From: Promethearchaeota archaeon
GTDB taxonomy: Archaea; Asgardarchaeota; Lokiarchaeia; Sigyniarchaeales; SOKP01
Reading direction: 5' to 3'
Length of the DNA: 21,510 nt
Assembly: GCA_048939015.1 (NCBI GenBank)
Contig: JBHLPW010000073.1
Span: forward strand, 1-21,510
A model generated the notes under the pieces. It searched no databases. It saw only the letters and a list, made by a program, of their open reading frames with translations, and had not been told where the DNA came from. Both the position numbers and the translations under genes were made by a program. Of the stretch, positions 6,791 through 15,716 are shown piece after piece. Position 1 is the first letter of the stretch. Each line of letters opens with the position of its first letter.

Positions 6791-8374
6791 GTGATTAATA
6801 AGAAATTTAGAGATAATTGGTTTAAAATATTAGATTTTAATAGAAATAGAAATATATTACAAGATCCCGAACAAAGCGAGGTAGTTGTAAGAATCCCATT
6901 AAGTCCAATAACAATAAATGCAAATATCTTATATTACTTATTTGAGGTCTTGTATCCTAAATTTATTAATGACCAACAGAACATTCTTGACATTATTATT
7001 CAGGATATTGATAAAAAAAACAAAATAACAAATTTATTCTTATATTTGACACAGAAAGCGGGAATACATGAAACTGTAGAATCATTACCCGAAAAACTAC
7101 TTAAAATCAAAAATCTTGAAATCGAAAAACTAGAGGAAGTATTTAATAAAGCACAAAGTGTTCTATTAAAGGAAAAAAACACTCAAATTTCATCAATTCG
7201 TATATTTAAGAAAGAAGCTATTGATTTAATAAATAAATTTTGTGAAAATATAGAGGAACTATCCCTTTACGAATTTTTTAATCGAGTTATGGATTTACTT
7301 CAGAATTTATTTGAACAAGATTTAATTTTAATATACCCAGAACCTATTATTATTAATTTTATTAAATCTAGTATTTCACTATTAAATGAAATCCGATTCC
7401 ATAATTTGTTTCAATTCATAGAAGACAAATTACCAGAATTTCATATTTCTCTTTTAATCGATGCTAAAACAACAAGAACAATTGTTTTGGTACAAAAAAC
7501 AATTTTAAAAGATGGAAAATCGGATTTGAGATTAAATTTTTTTACACCAACAGAATTGGGTATAAATATAGATGAATTTGATATAAAAAATACTCTACAT
7601 ATAATTCAAGATAAACTACATACTGAGAAATCGTACTATTTAAACCAAAATACCATTTTGACGTTCATTTCAGACCTTTTCGAACTCTTAATTCCATTAA
7701 AAAAAGAAAATCTCAAGCTTTTATTTCAAAAAGCGTTATTTGGGTATCGTAGTTTTGAGAAACACTGGAATATAGTACCAAAACCTACTATCTATAATAC
7801 TTTTGTTAGATTCTTAATTCGCTTAATTGGATTCAATCTGAATCTTAAAAAGATATCACATTGGGCAATTCCAGAAGTGCTTTCAAGTTATATTGATTTC
7901 TTTTTTGGATTAAATTCGAAAATCCTACTTATTATTACTGATCATAGTGTTGATAAAAAAATCAAAGTCCCCAAAAAACAAGTTATAAAAAATACATGTA
8001 GGCATGCATTCTTATTAGAGTTTGAAAATAGTACTTTAGAACGTATAATACCAATAAATAAAGATAAAATTTTTTTAGATAGTGGTTCCAATTCATTATC
8101 TTCAATAAGGAAAGCTTCATTAGAGACGTTTAGGGTTTCCCCTGTGATAATTATCATAGATAATATATTGATCAGGGAAATTATCAAGAATTTTATTTTT
8201 GAACATTCTAGTTTTTCTTTTATCCCCAAGTTCAAGACATTAAAATTATTAAAAAATGAGAAATATTTTATGATATATCCAGAATTTCCATTTTATAAAT
8301 TAATCAAAAACAAAGGATCTCTGTCAATGTTGAAATTATTTCTTCCTATTATGATAGACAAATTTGAATTTTAA
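6791..8374 (+). CDS. Hypothetical protein (527 aa)
   Basis: Long ORF in AT-rich DNA, GTG start 4 nt after the DUF362 stop, GGAGGG RBS upstream. No motif recognised. Confidence 0.8.
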   Translation: MINKKFRDNWFKILDFNRNRNILQDPEQSEVVVRIPLSPITINANILYYLFEVLYPKFINDQQNILDIIIQDIDKKNKITNLFLYLTQKAGIHETVESLPEKLLKIKNLEIEKLEEVFNKAQSVLLKEKNTQISSIRIFKKEAIDLINKFCENIEELSLYEFFNRVMDLLQNLFEQDLILIYPEPIIINFIKSSISLLNEIRFHNLFQFIEDKLPEFHISLLIDAKTTRTIVLVQKTILKDGKSDLRLNFFTPTELGINIDEFDIKNTLHIIQDKLHTEKSYYLNQNTILTFISDLFELLIPLKKENLKLLFQKALFGYRSFEKHWNIVPKPTIYNTFVRFLIRLIGFNLNLKKISHWAIPEVLSSYIDFFFGLNSKILLIITDHSVDKKIKVPKKQVIKNTCRHAFLLEFENSTLERIIPINKDKIFLDSGSNSLSSIRKASLETFRVSPVIIIIDNILIREIIKNFIFEHSSFSFIPKFKTLKLLKNEKYFMIYPEFPFYKLIKNKGSLSMLKLFLPIMIDKFEF

Positions 8375-8418
8375 AAGTTTAGGGCCTTTTAATGACTATC
8401 GGAAGTATTTGATGTATT

Positions 8419-9507
8419 TTACTTAATAAAACCTTTTGTGACTAATAACTCAGCGTTCAAAATAGCGCCTCCTGCAGCGCCTCTTATTGTATTATGACTT
8501 AATGATACAAATTTATAATCAAAAACATTATCCTCTCTAAGTCTTCCTACTGTTACAGCCATTCCTTTATCATTGTCTCTATCCTTTTTTGGTTGGGGTC
8601 GATCAATATTATTTAAGTATATTATTGGTTGGGTGGGAGCAAATGGTAAATCTAACTCCTGAGGTACTGATTTAAAATTTTTCCAAATTTCAAGAATTTC
8701 TTCTCTTTTGGGGATTTTTTCTTTGAATTTCAGATTAACTGAAGCGGTATGCCCATCCGATACAGGAACTCTAGTACAAGTAGCGCTAATTTTTATTGAA
8801 TTATTATTAATTATACCATCTTCTCCAAGGCTTCCAAGAATTTTCAATGGTTCTCTCTCAGTTTTTTCTTCTTCTCCACCAATATAAGGAACAACATTAT
8901 CGATTATATCTATAGATGATACACCAGGATATCCTGCTCCCGATACAGCTTGAAGTGTAGTGATAATCAAATTACTTACGTTATATCCTGCATTTTCTAA
9001 TGCATAAATTGGAGTAAGATAGCTCTGTAATGAACAATTAGGTTTAACAATCACGAAACCTTTACTTAATCCTCTTCGTTTTTGTTGGATTGGAATTAGA
9101 TTTACATGTTCATGGTTGATTTCTCCAATTATCATAGGAACATCGGGAGTCCACCTATGTGCTGAGTTATTCGAGATAACCGGTATTCCTTTTTGTGCGT
9201 ATTTAAATTCTACTTCTTTAATATCCTCTTTATTAGGGAGAGAAATTGCAGAAAACACAAAATCTACATTATCACTTAAAGAATCAAAATCTTGAACATC
9301 CCTCACAATTAAATCTCTTATATCTTGAGGAATAGAGAACAACATCTGCCATTTCTGCTCAACCGCATCTTTATATGGTCTATCTGCTGATCTTGGAGAA
9401 GCTGCAACATCTATTATTTGAAACCATGGATGATTCTGTAATAATTTAATATAGTTTTGACCTACGATACCAGTTGCTCCTAATATCCCTACATTAAATT
9501 TTTTCAT
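8419..9507 (-). CDS. asd: Aspartate-semialdehyde dehydrogenase
   Basis: GILGATGIVGQ Rossmann motif, SNNSAHR, catalytic PNCS, QAVSGAG, CTRVPVSDGH, HNTIRGAAG. Confidence 0.97.
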   Translation of the reverse strand: MKKFNVGILGATGIVGQNYIKLLQNHPWFQIIDVAASPRSADRPYKDAVEQKWQMLFSIPQDIRDLIVRDVQDFDSLSDNVDFVFSAISLPNKEDIKEVEFKYAQKGIPVISNNSAHRWTPDVPMIIGEINHEHVNLIPIQQKRRGLSKGFVIVKPNCSLQSYLTPIYALENAGYNVSNLIITTLQAVSGAGYPGVSSIDIIDNVVPYIGGEEEKTEREPLKILGSLGEDGIINNNSIKISATCTRVPVSDGHTASVNLKFKEKIPKREEILEIWKNFKSVPQELDLPFAPTQPIIYLNNIDRPQPKKDRDNDKGMAVTVGRLREDNVFDYKFVSLSHNTIRGAAGGAILNAELLVTKGFIK

Positions 9508-9755
9508 TCGAAATCCTCTAGTTATTAATTTTATTTATACTTCTGAAATTATTGATTAATTTTTAGAAAATAATCAATTTCAATTTAAAAGTTTTTCTTT
9601 CTAATTATTATTTTAATAGTCTTTTCAAATTTTATAAACAAAAATTTATGGATATGGAGATAACGATAAATTATTTGAAAAAGCAATTATTAATTATAGA
9701 TAATACATTACAACTCCACTATTCATTTATATACTATTACTATTATGTGATATTC

Positions 9756-10289
9756 ATGCCACCAGGACCTTATGATGCGATTGAAAAAGAAGCAGAACAT
9801 TTAGAAAATCAATCCAAAGTCGAGTTCGATAAAAAAAATTTTGTTGCCGCAATTTCATTACTTGAAGAAGCTAAAGAAATTTACAAGAAATTAGGTTTCC
9901 AAGGAAAAATTGGAATGATTGATCAACGTATTTTTAGGTTAAGAAATTTAGTGAAATTTGAAAAGCAAGATACTACGGTTCAAACCAAGAGTGAACAAGA
10001 TTTTCAAAAACGTGTTCAAAAAGTGATGAATGAAAAACAAAGGTACCAAGAAAAACAAACTGAAATTCAAAGAGCTCTTTCTCCCGAAATGAAACAAAAA
10101 TTTGAAAAAATTAAATTATTAAAGGAGAAAGCTGAAAAAGAAGAGAAATTAAATAAATTTTCGAGAGTATTAGGGAGGTATGAATACATATTAGAACTAT
10201 ACAAATCTATTCCAAAAGAAATAATGGATACAAGTAAAGAGATTTATGAGATTGAAAAAAAGATTTCTCTAATAAAACCAAAAGTATAG
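9756..10289 (+). CDS. Hypothetical alpha-helical (TPR-like/coiled-coil) protein, 177 aa
   Basis: Start moved to ATG 9756 (MPPGPY...): TTTATATA at 9726-33 and GTGA at 9747-50 precede it, and the upstream extension translates as low-complexity junk. Two similar helical hairpins (AAISLLEEAKEIYKKLG; RVLGRYEYILELYKSI). Confidence 0.75.
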   Translation: MPPGPYDAIEKEAEHLENQSKVEFDKKNFVAAISLLEEAKEIYKKLGFQGKIGMIDQRIFRLRNLVKFEKQDTTVQTKSEQDFQKRVQKVMNEKQRYQEKQTEIQRALSPEMKQKFEKIKLLKEKAEKEEKLNKFSRVLGRYEYILELYKSIPKEIMDTSKEIYEIEKKISLIKPKV

Positions 10290-10334
10290 ATGCTAATCAT
10301 TCTTCTTATTAAATACCAAATTTACTGAATTTTT

Positions 10335-11375
10335 ATGAAAAACCCTTTTGATAATTTTTATCACGTTCCAAATTCAGAAGAATTATTAGATATTGCTTTT
10401 AAAAGAGCAATGAAGAGCTCTGCTCAAGTTTCCAAAAATGCTCCAATTCTTATTAAAGCAAGAAAAAAAGAATCTAAACGTATTAAAGTAGCTATAGAAG
10501 AACTTATAAATAGGATATTAAAAATTATAAAATTAGTACCAATAATAGATGATCTACCAGATTTTTATAGAGAACTAGCAAATATTTTAGTTAATGTAGA
10601 TGAATTGAAATTAACATTAGGTAAATTAAATGGTATTTTACCTATCCTCAACAAAATTGAAAGAGAACATTTTATTAAACTTAACAGAATAGAAGCTCCA
10701 AACGAGGGCGATCAAATTAGAAGATCTGCATTTGGGAGAATTTCCTCCATTATTAATAAACAAAATGGTAATCTGGAATATTTAAATAAGATTAGAGGCA
10801 GTTTAAGAGAAATTCCCTCAATTGATTATACTATGCCATGTATAGTAGTTGCTGGATATCCAAATGTAGGTAAAAGTAGTATTGTTAAAAATATCTCTAC
10901 AAATAAGAAAATTGAAGTTAAGGAATATCCATTCACGACGAAGAAATTGAATATGGGGCATATTGAAATTGAAAAAAGATTTAATAAGATTAGAATTCAA
11001 TGCTTAGATACACCAGGGATTTTAGATCGCCCTATGAATAGAAGGAATAATATTGAATTACAAGCAATTTTAGCTTTGAGATTAATATCTGATCTGATTC
11101 TTTTTGTATTTGATCCTACTCCCGCTTCTGGGTATAATGTTGAATCCCAAATAGAATTATACAATGAGATAAAAGAAAATTTCTCAAAAGAAGGACAAAT
11201 AGAAATCATTATTATTTTTAATAAAATGGATTTAGCTAAAGAAACAGAAATAAAATATTTAAGAGATAAATTAAATTTGAAAGAAAATGAATATTATTTA
11301 ACAAATGCAATGACAGGGGATAATTTAGACAAAATAATTAGTGATTTAAAAGAAAGATATCGAGGTAATGAATAA
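10335..11375 (+). CDS. NOG1-family GTP-binding protein (OBG superfamily, ribosome biogenesis)
   Basis: N-terminal helical domain (LPDFYREL), G1 GYPNVGKS, G2 YPFTTK, G3 DTPGILDRP, RNNIELQAILAL, G4 NKMD. Confidence 0.95.
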   Translation: MKNPFDNFYHVPNSEELLDIAFKRAMKSSAQVSKNAPILIKARKKESKRIKVAIEELINRILKIIKLVPIIDDLPDFYRELANILVNVDELKLTLGKLNGILPILNKIEREHFIKLNRIEAPNEGDQIRRSAFGRISSIINKQNGNLEYLNKIRGSLREIPSIDYTMPCIVVAGYPNVGKSSIVKNISTNKKIEVKEYPFTTKKLNMGHIEIEKRFNKIRIQCLDTPGILDRPMNRRNNIELQAILALRLISDLILFVFDPTPASGYNVESQIELYNEIKENFSKEGQIEIIIIFNKMDLAKETEIKYLRDKLNLKENEYYLTNAMTGDNLDKIISDLKERYRGNE

Positions 11376-12466
11376 TAATCATCATCGGATTAGATATAGG
11401 TGGTGCTAATACTAAAGCTGCATTATTTAACTTGAAAGATGAAAAGATAAAAGAATCTTTTTCATTTATCGAATATTTTCCTTTTTGGGAGAAAACAATC
11501 AAGGAAATTCCAGAAATGTTAAAAGGAGTAGTAAAATACTTACTTGATAATAATAATTATACGCTTGAAGATATTGAATATTTTGCGATAACAATAACTG
11601 CTGAGCTTTCAGATGCATTTCAAACAAAGAGAGAAGGAATTTACACTATTTTAAACGCATTAAAAACAGTCTTTCAAGAAGATAAATTAAAATTCATTAC
11701 AAATAATTGTGAATTTGTCAATTATAATAAGGCTAAATCAGCTTATTCTTCGATAGCAGCAGCTAATTGGGCATCTACAGCCTTATATCTTGGAAGTTAT
11801 ATTCCTCAATGCATATTAATTGATGCAGGGTCAACCACTATTGATATTATCCCCATTTTAGACTCAATTCCAATACCACAAGGAAAAGATGATATTACTC
11901 GTCTAATAAATCATGAATTGATCTATACAGGAGGTCTAAGAGCAACTATCCCTTCTATCACTCACCATATCCCTTATAAAAACAGAAAGATCCGAGTGTC
12001 ATTTGAAAAATTTGCGTTAATTTCTGATGTTCATAGAATTTTAAATAATATCTCCGAGGATGAATATATAAATGATACAGCTGATAACCGGTCAAAATCT
12101 CTAGAAAATTGTTATGCTCGACTTGCTAGAATAATTTGCATGGATATTGAAACAATTTCAACTGAAGATTTAGATATAATAGCTAATTTTATTTACCAAA
12201 AGCAGTTAGACATTATTAAACGAGAAATTAAAGCTTTTATGAATAATCTTATCTCAAATTACAATCAGTTTATTCACAAACCTAAATTTGTAATAACTGG
12301 TTTATCTGCTGGTTTTCTTATACGAAAAGCGCTTCAAGAACTTGGTTTTAAAGATATTTACAGTTATGAGACTATCACAAGTATACCGAATAATATCAGT
12401 TCTTCTGCTTTCGCTATTGCAGGAGCTTTTAATAATCAAATACTAAATCAACAAGTAGAAAAATGA
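11372..12466 (+). CDS. mfnF: Hydantoinase/oxoprolinase-family MfnF-like methanofuran biosynthesis protein, probable AUA start
   Basis: The in-frame extension upstream of TTG 11432 encodes IIGLDIGGANTK, the family N-terminal motif. Also TITAELSDAF.TKREG, AAANW, DAGSTTIDIIP and ELIYTG. Confidence 0.82.
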   Translation: MIIIIGLDIGGANTKAALFNLKDEKIKESFSFIEYFPFWEKTIKEIPEMLKGVVKYLLDNNNYTLEDIEYFAITITAELSDAFQTKREGIYTILNALKTVFQEDKLKFITNNCEFVNYNKAKSAYSSIAAANWASTALYLGSYIPQCILIDAGSTTIDIIPILDSIPIPQGKDDITRLINHELIYTGGLRATIPSITHHIPYKNRKIRVSFEKFALISDVHRILNNISEDEYINDTADNRSKSLENCYARLARIICMDIETISTEDLDIIANFIYQKQLDIIKREIKAFMNNLISNYNQFIHKPKFVITGLSAGFLIRKALQELGFKDIYSYETITSIPNNISSSAFAIAGAFNNQILNQQVEK

Positions 12467-13185
12467 GTAAAAATACTGCTTTGTTTAAGATTGGCGGTAA
12501 AATTTTAGATGATTTTGATAATTTGAGTTGTACACTCTCTCAATTAACGCAACTGTTTAAAGAGGGTTTGTTTAAGAGAATTATTTTAATCCCGGGAGGT
12601 GGCTCTTTTGCCAATTTTATCCGTAAAGCCTATAGTGAACTAAAATTTACGGAAGAGATTGCTCATTGGATGGGAATTATTTCTATGAACTATAATGGTT
12701 TAGAATTAAATAAGAAATTTCCCTCCTTACAAATTACAGAAAATTTTGAGAAACTAAAAGAAAACAATAAAATGTTCTGTATTTTTTTACCATATGAATA
12801 TATAAAAGATAATGACAGATTACCACATTCATGGGACGTTACATCTGATTCAATATCTCTTTTCATCGCGAAAGAACTCAATTTAGAGGAATGTTATTTC
12901 ATTAAAGATGTAGATGGAATTATGGACAATAAAAACAATGTTATTAAAGAAATCTCAGCATCAGAATTAAGAAAAATGAAAGAAGTGGGGAAACTGGCTC
13001 AATTTAAATTAGATACTAGAAAAATAAAAGAAAGATCAACTCCAATCGATCCTTATGCAACAAATCTAATTAATACATACAAAATATCTTGTATTATTCT
13101 AAATGGTTCTCAAAATACAGTAAGAATTATAAATTACTTTAAATCAGAAAAAATAGAAGAAAGAATTTATACTATAATAAAATGA
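12463..13185 (+). CDS. mfnE: Amino-acid-kinase-family protein, MfnE-like (5-aminomethyl-3-furanmethanol phosphate kinase)
   Basis: KIGG, IPGGGSFANFIR, AHWMGIISM, LPHSWDVTSDSI, KDVDGI. ATGA overlap with the mfnF-like gene. Confidence 0.82.
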   Translation: MSKNTALFKIGGKILDDFDNLSCTLSQLTQLFKEGLFKRIILIPGGGSFANFIRKAYSELKFTEEIAHWMGIISMNYNGLELNKKFPSLQITENFEKLKENNKMFCIFLPYEYIKDNDRLPHSWDVTSDSISLFIAKELNLEECYFIKDVDGIMDNKNNVIKEISASELRKMKEVGKLAQFKLDTRKIKERSTPIDPYATNLINTYKISCIILNGSQNTVRIINYFKSEKIEERIYTIIK

Positions 13186-13274
13186 AGAACCTTTCAAGTA
13201 AGTTAACTTGTTTTACCGACATTTTTATTAAGTTTTAGTAAGAAATAAGTTTCAAATTCACATCTAATTGAGTC

Positions 13275-14096
13275 TTAAAATGAGGCGGTTAAAAATTTAG
13301 TAACAATTTGTTGAAATTCAATAGGATGATCTAAATTTGGTAAATGGGCTGCATCTTCAATAATAACCTTTTGAGCAGTTGATATCTTATCTACCATATA
13401 AGTTGCTGCGGTTAGTAAATAAGGAGTGTCATAAGCACCAACAATTATGAGTATTGGTATCTTTAACTCCTGCAATCGCTCTACTGCTGGAATCTTGGTA
13501 TCGGGTAACCTTTTTCCGAGTTTTTTTGTATCGTGCATTAATCCATTAAGATTCATCTCATAAACTAATTGACGCATTTTTTTATTAACTTGTTGAGGTG
13601 TACGCTTAATACCATCAAACCATATATGGGTCTCAAGTTCAGCTACCTGATCGAGATTTCCTGCCTTGTAGTGTTTCTCTATTTCAGCAAATTCATTAGG
13701 TATTGGGACATCCAAATTAAGTCCAGTTAGACCAGCATCAACCATTATTAACGACATTACTCTTGTAGGGTGCTCCAATGCAAAATCCAAAGCTAAACCT
13801 CCCCCCATAGAACAGCCCATAAGTATTAGTGGGCCATCAAGGTGGAGATATTCTATTAATTCTTCTAAATCTTGCAAATGACTGAATTCTCCCTCCACTG
13901 GTTCACTCCTTCCATAACCTCGCATGTCATAACGAATCACTTGGAAAAAGCTTGAAAATTGTGTAAACTCGTTATCCCACTGGCGACAATCAGCTATTCC
14001 TGCGTGAAGCATTAGAAATGGCTGACCATTTCCAGCAATCTCATAATAAATAAGAGCATTATTGATATTTGCTAAACCGGCACTATTTCGAATCAT
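13275..14096 (-). CDS. Alpha/beta fold hydrolase
   Basis: LHAG, YDMRGYGRS, nucleophile elbow GCSMGG, IVGAYD and AAHLPN (Ser-Asp-His triad). Confidence 0.93.
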   Translation of the reverse strand: MIRNSAGLANINNALIYYEIAGNGQPFLMLHAGIADCRQWDNEFTQFSSFFQVIRYDMRGYGRSEPVEGEFSHLQDLEELIEYLHLDGPLILMGCSMGGGLALDFALEHPTRVMSLIMVDAGLTGLNLDVPIPNEFAEIEKHYKAGNLDQVAELETHIWFDGIKRTPQQVNKKMRQLVYEMNLNGLMHDTKKLGKRLPDTKIPAVERLQELKIPILIIVGAYDTPYLLTAATYMVDKISTAQKVIIEDAAHLPNLDHPIEFQQIVTKFLTASF

Positions 14097-14465
14097 TTTA
14101 ATAACAGATCTCTACCATTTGAATTCTTTAATTATCATTTCAATTTATTAATTTTCATTATTAATTATAAAGCCACTTGAAATGCTCTTCGAAAAACTTT
14201 TGAGAGCTTATAACACTATTGCATTAGAGAATTAAGAAACAACCCGTCATCCTCTAAAATACAGTCCTTTATAATACTGAATTTTCTTTTTATTTTTTTT
14301 ATTTTCTTTTTAATTTTTTATTCAAGGGAAATTAAAAAAACAATAAATAAAGTTTGAAATATCAACTAGTTCATTTTTAAAATTAAAGTTTTAATTAAAT
14401 TGAACCTAAATTATATTTAATATAATTTTTAAAGTCAATTTTAAAAAATTAAGTGTGATATTAAG

Positions 14466-14966
14466 ATGGATATTGCAGAAATGAAAAAGAATGCTCAATT
14501 TCTAATTGATAATATAAAAGGAAAAGATATTCCCGGCTCTACATCTATAAGTGTCAGATATAGAAACTTGGTTAATTTTGCAAAAGTTTATGGAATTACA
14601 GATCCAAAATATGTCGGACCAGAAGAAAGTGGAGTTGTAGCTTGCCACGCATTTGCAAATTATTATACAATTAAGTCTCTTTATAAACTCCTTTTAGGAT
14701 TTAAATTAAACCAGGATGGGAAGGAACGAGGACTTGCGATCGACCTAGGAAAACTATTACATGCAGGGAATGAATATAATTGGGAAGGTTGTGTAGATGT
14801 CAAACCTGGAGATAAATTAATAGTAACGGGAAAAACTATTGATGTTCGTTTAGTCGAAAAAAACATGATGTTATTCACAGATTTCTTAGTAAATGTAAAA
14901 AATCAAAATAATGAGCCAGTTTGTAATATTACAATTTCAGCTGGGTTTCGTAAAGGAGGGTATTAA
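14466..14966 (+). CDS. MaoC-like hot-dog protein (MaoC_dehydrat_N/HadA-like, probably non-catalytic subunit)
   Basis: FAKVYGITDPKY, LLHAGNEYNW, VKPGDKL and VKNQNNEPV motifs. Confidence 0.8.
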   Translation: MDIAEMKKNAQFLIDNIKGKDIPGSTSISVRYRNLVNFAKVYGITDPKYVGPEESGVVACHAFANYYTIKSLYKLLLGFKLNQDGKERGLAIDLGKLLHAGNEYNWEGCVDVKPGDKLIVTGKTIDVRLVEKNMMLFTDFLVNVKNQNNEPVCNITISAGFRKGGY

Positions 14967-14967
14967 A

Positions 14968-15516
14968 ATGGTTAACGTTTCAGATCTAAATATTGGACAA
15001 GTTATAAAGAATGAATTTGAAGGGATCACCCGAGATCTACTAAAACAATATGCAAAAGCATCGGGAGACACAAATCCAATCCATACTAGTGATATTGTTG
15101 CTGAGAGGGCAGGACTTAAAGGTGTTATTGGCCATGGCTTACTAAGTCTTGGCTTTATTACAAAATTATTTGAAGATTTCCTCGAACATGGAAAATTTGG
15201 AAAACTTATAGATGTAAGTGTTCAAATGCGAGGGATGGTCAGATGTGGTGATCTTCTCATTACTGAAGCTACTATTAGTAAAATTGAAGGAAAGAAGATA
15301 TATTTTGAAGTAGTACAGACAACTATAACAAAAGTTGATATAAAAGATAAAGATGGTAATGTTGTAAAACAATTTGAAGCAGGGGAAAGAGGATATATTT
15401 CTGAAAAAGATATTAAAAGAGAGTTAGTAAAGACCAAGGAAGTTCCAGAAGGTATTCTTACTTATCGAGAAAGAATAGCTACACCAGGACAAGCTATTAT
15501 TGAACTCTTTGAATAG
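14968..15516 (+). CDS. MaoC-family (R)-specific enoyl-CoA hydratase/dehydratase
   Basis: Hydratase-2 motif YAKASGDTNPIH, GVIGHGLL, VRCGD. Start moved to ATG 14968, 1 nt after the upstream stop, with a GGAGGG RBS; 182 aa. Confidence 0.88.
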   Translation: MVNVSDLNIGQVIKNEFEGITRDLLKQYAKASGDTNPIHTSDIVAERAGLKGVIGHGLLSLGFITKLFEDFLEHGKFGKLIDVSVQMRGMVRCGDLLITEATISKIEGKKIYFEVVQTTITKVDIKDKDGNVVKQFEAGERGYISEKDIKRELVKTKEVPEGILTYRERIATPGQAIIELFE

Positions 15517-15716
15517 GACTTCAATAATTATAAAATTTTTATTATCTTTATTTCTAAAATATTTAGATTTCTTAGCATCTTTAAATTTCAGTTTTTATTC
15601 TTAATAAAAATATTTTTTTCTTCTTCACATAATTATTTTAAAAGATTTTTATACTAGTTTAATAGATCAAATATTTGAAGGAATAAATTATAACTACATA
15701 ATTTTTACCTACCACT

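Noticed and set aside
9551-9578. Imperfect palindrome ATTGATTA...TAATCAAT in the divergent asd intergenic region
   Set aside because: Almost all A/T in a very AT-rich gap, single instance, could be chance.
9648-9755. N-terminal 36-aa extension of the 9648 ORF
   Set aside because: It translates promoter-like AT-rich DNA (YYYYY) and contains a TATA box positioned for ATG 9756.
13183-13206. TGA stop of the mfnE-like gene (and of mfnF at 12464) as possible Sec codons
   Set aside because: Both proteins look complete at those points, readthrough at 13183 adds only six codons before TAA, there is no Cys-motif context and no SECIS-like structure downstream.
14161-14270. Slightly GC-richer intergenic patch with two weak hairpins (GCTCT/AGAGC, TTAGAG/CTCTAA) and a short frame KPLEMLFEKLLRAYNTIALEN
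   Set aside because: No recognisable RNA motif, RBS or homology. It could be a gene remnant, but this cannot be supported from the sequence.
14911-14967. Upstream start of the second MaoC ORF
   Set aside because: It overlaps the previous gene by 56 nt, whereas ATG 14968 has a GGAGGG RBS and normal coupling.
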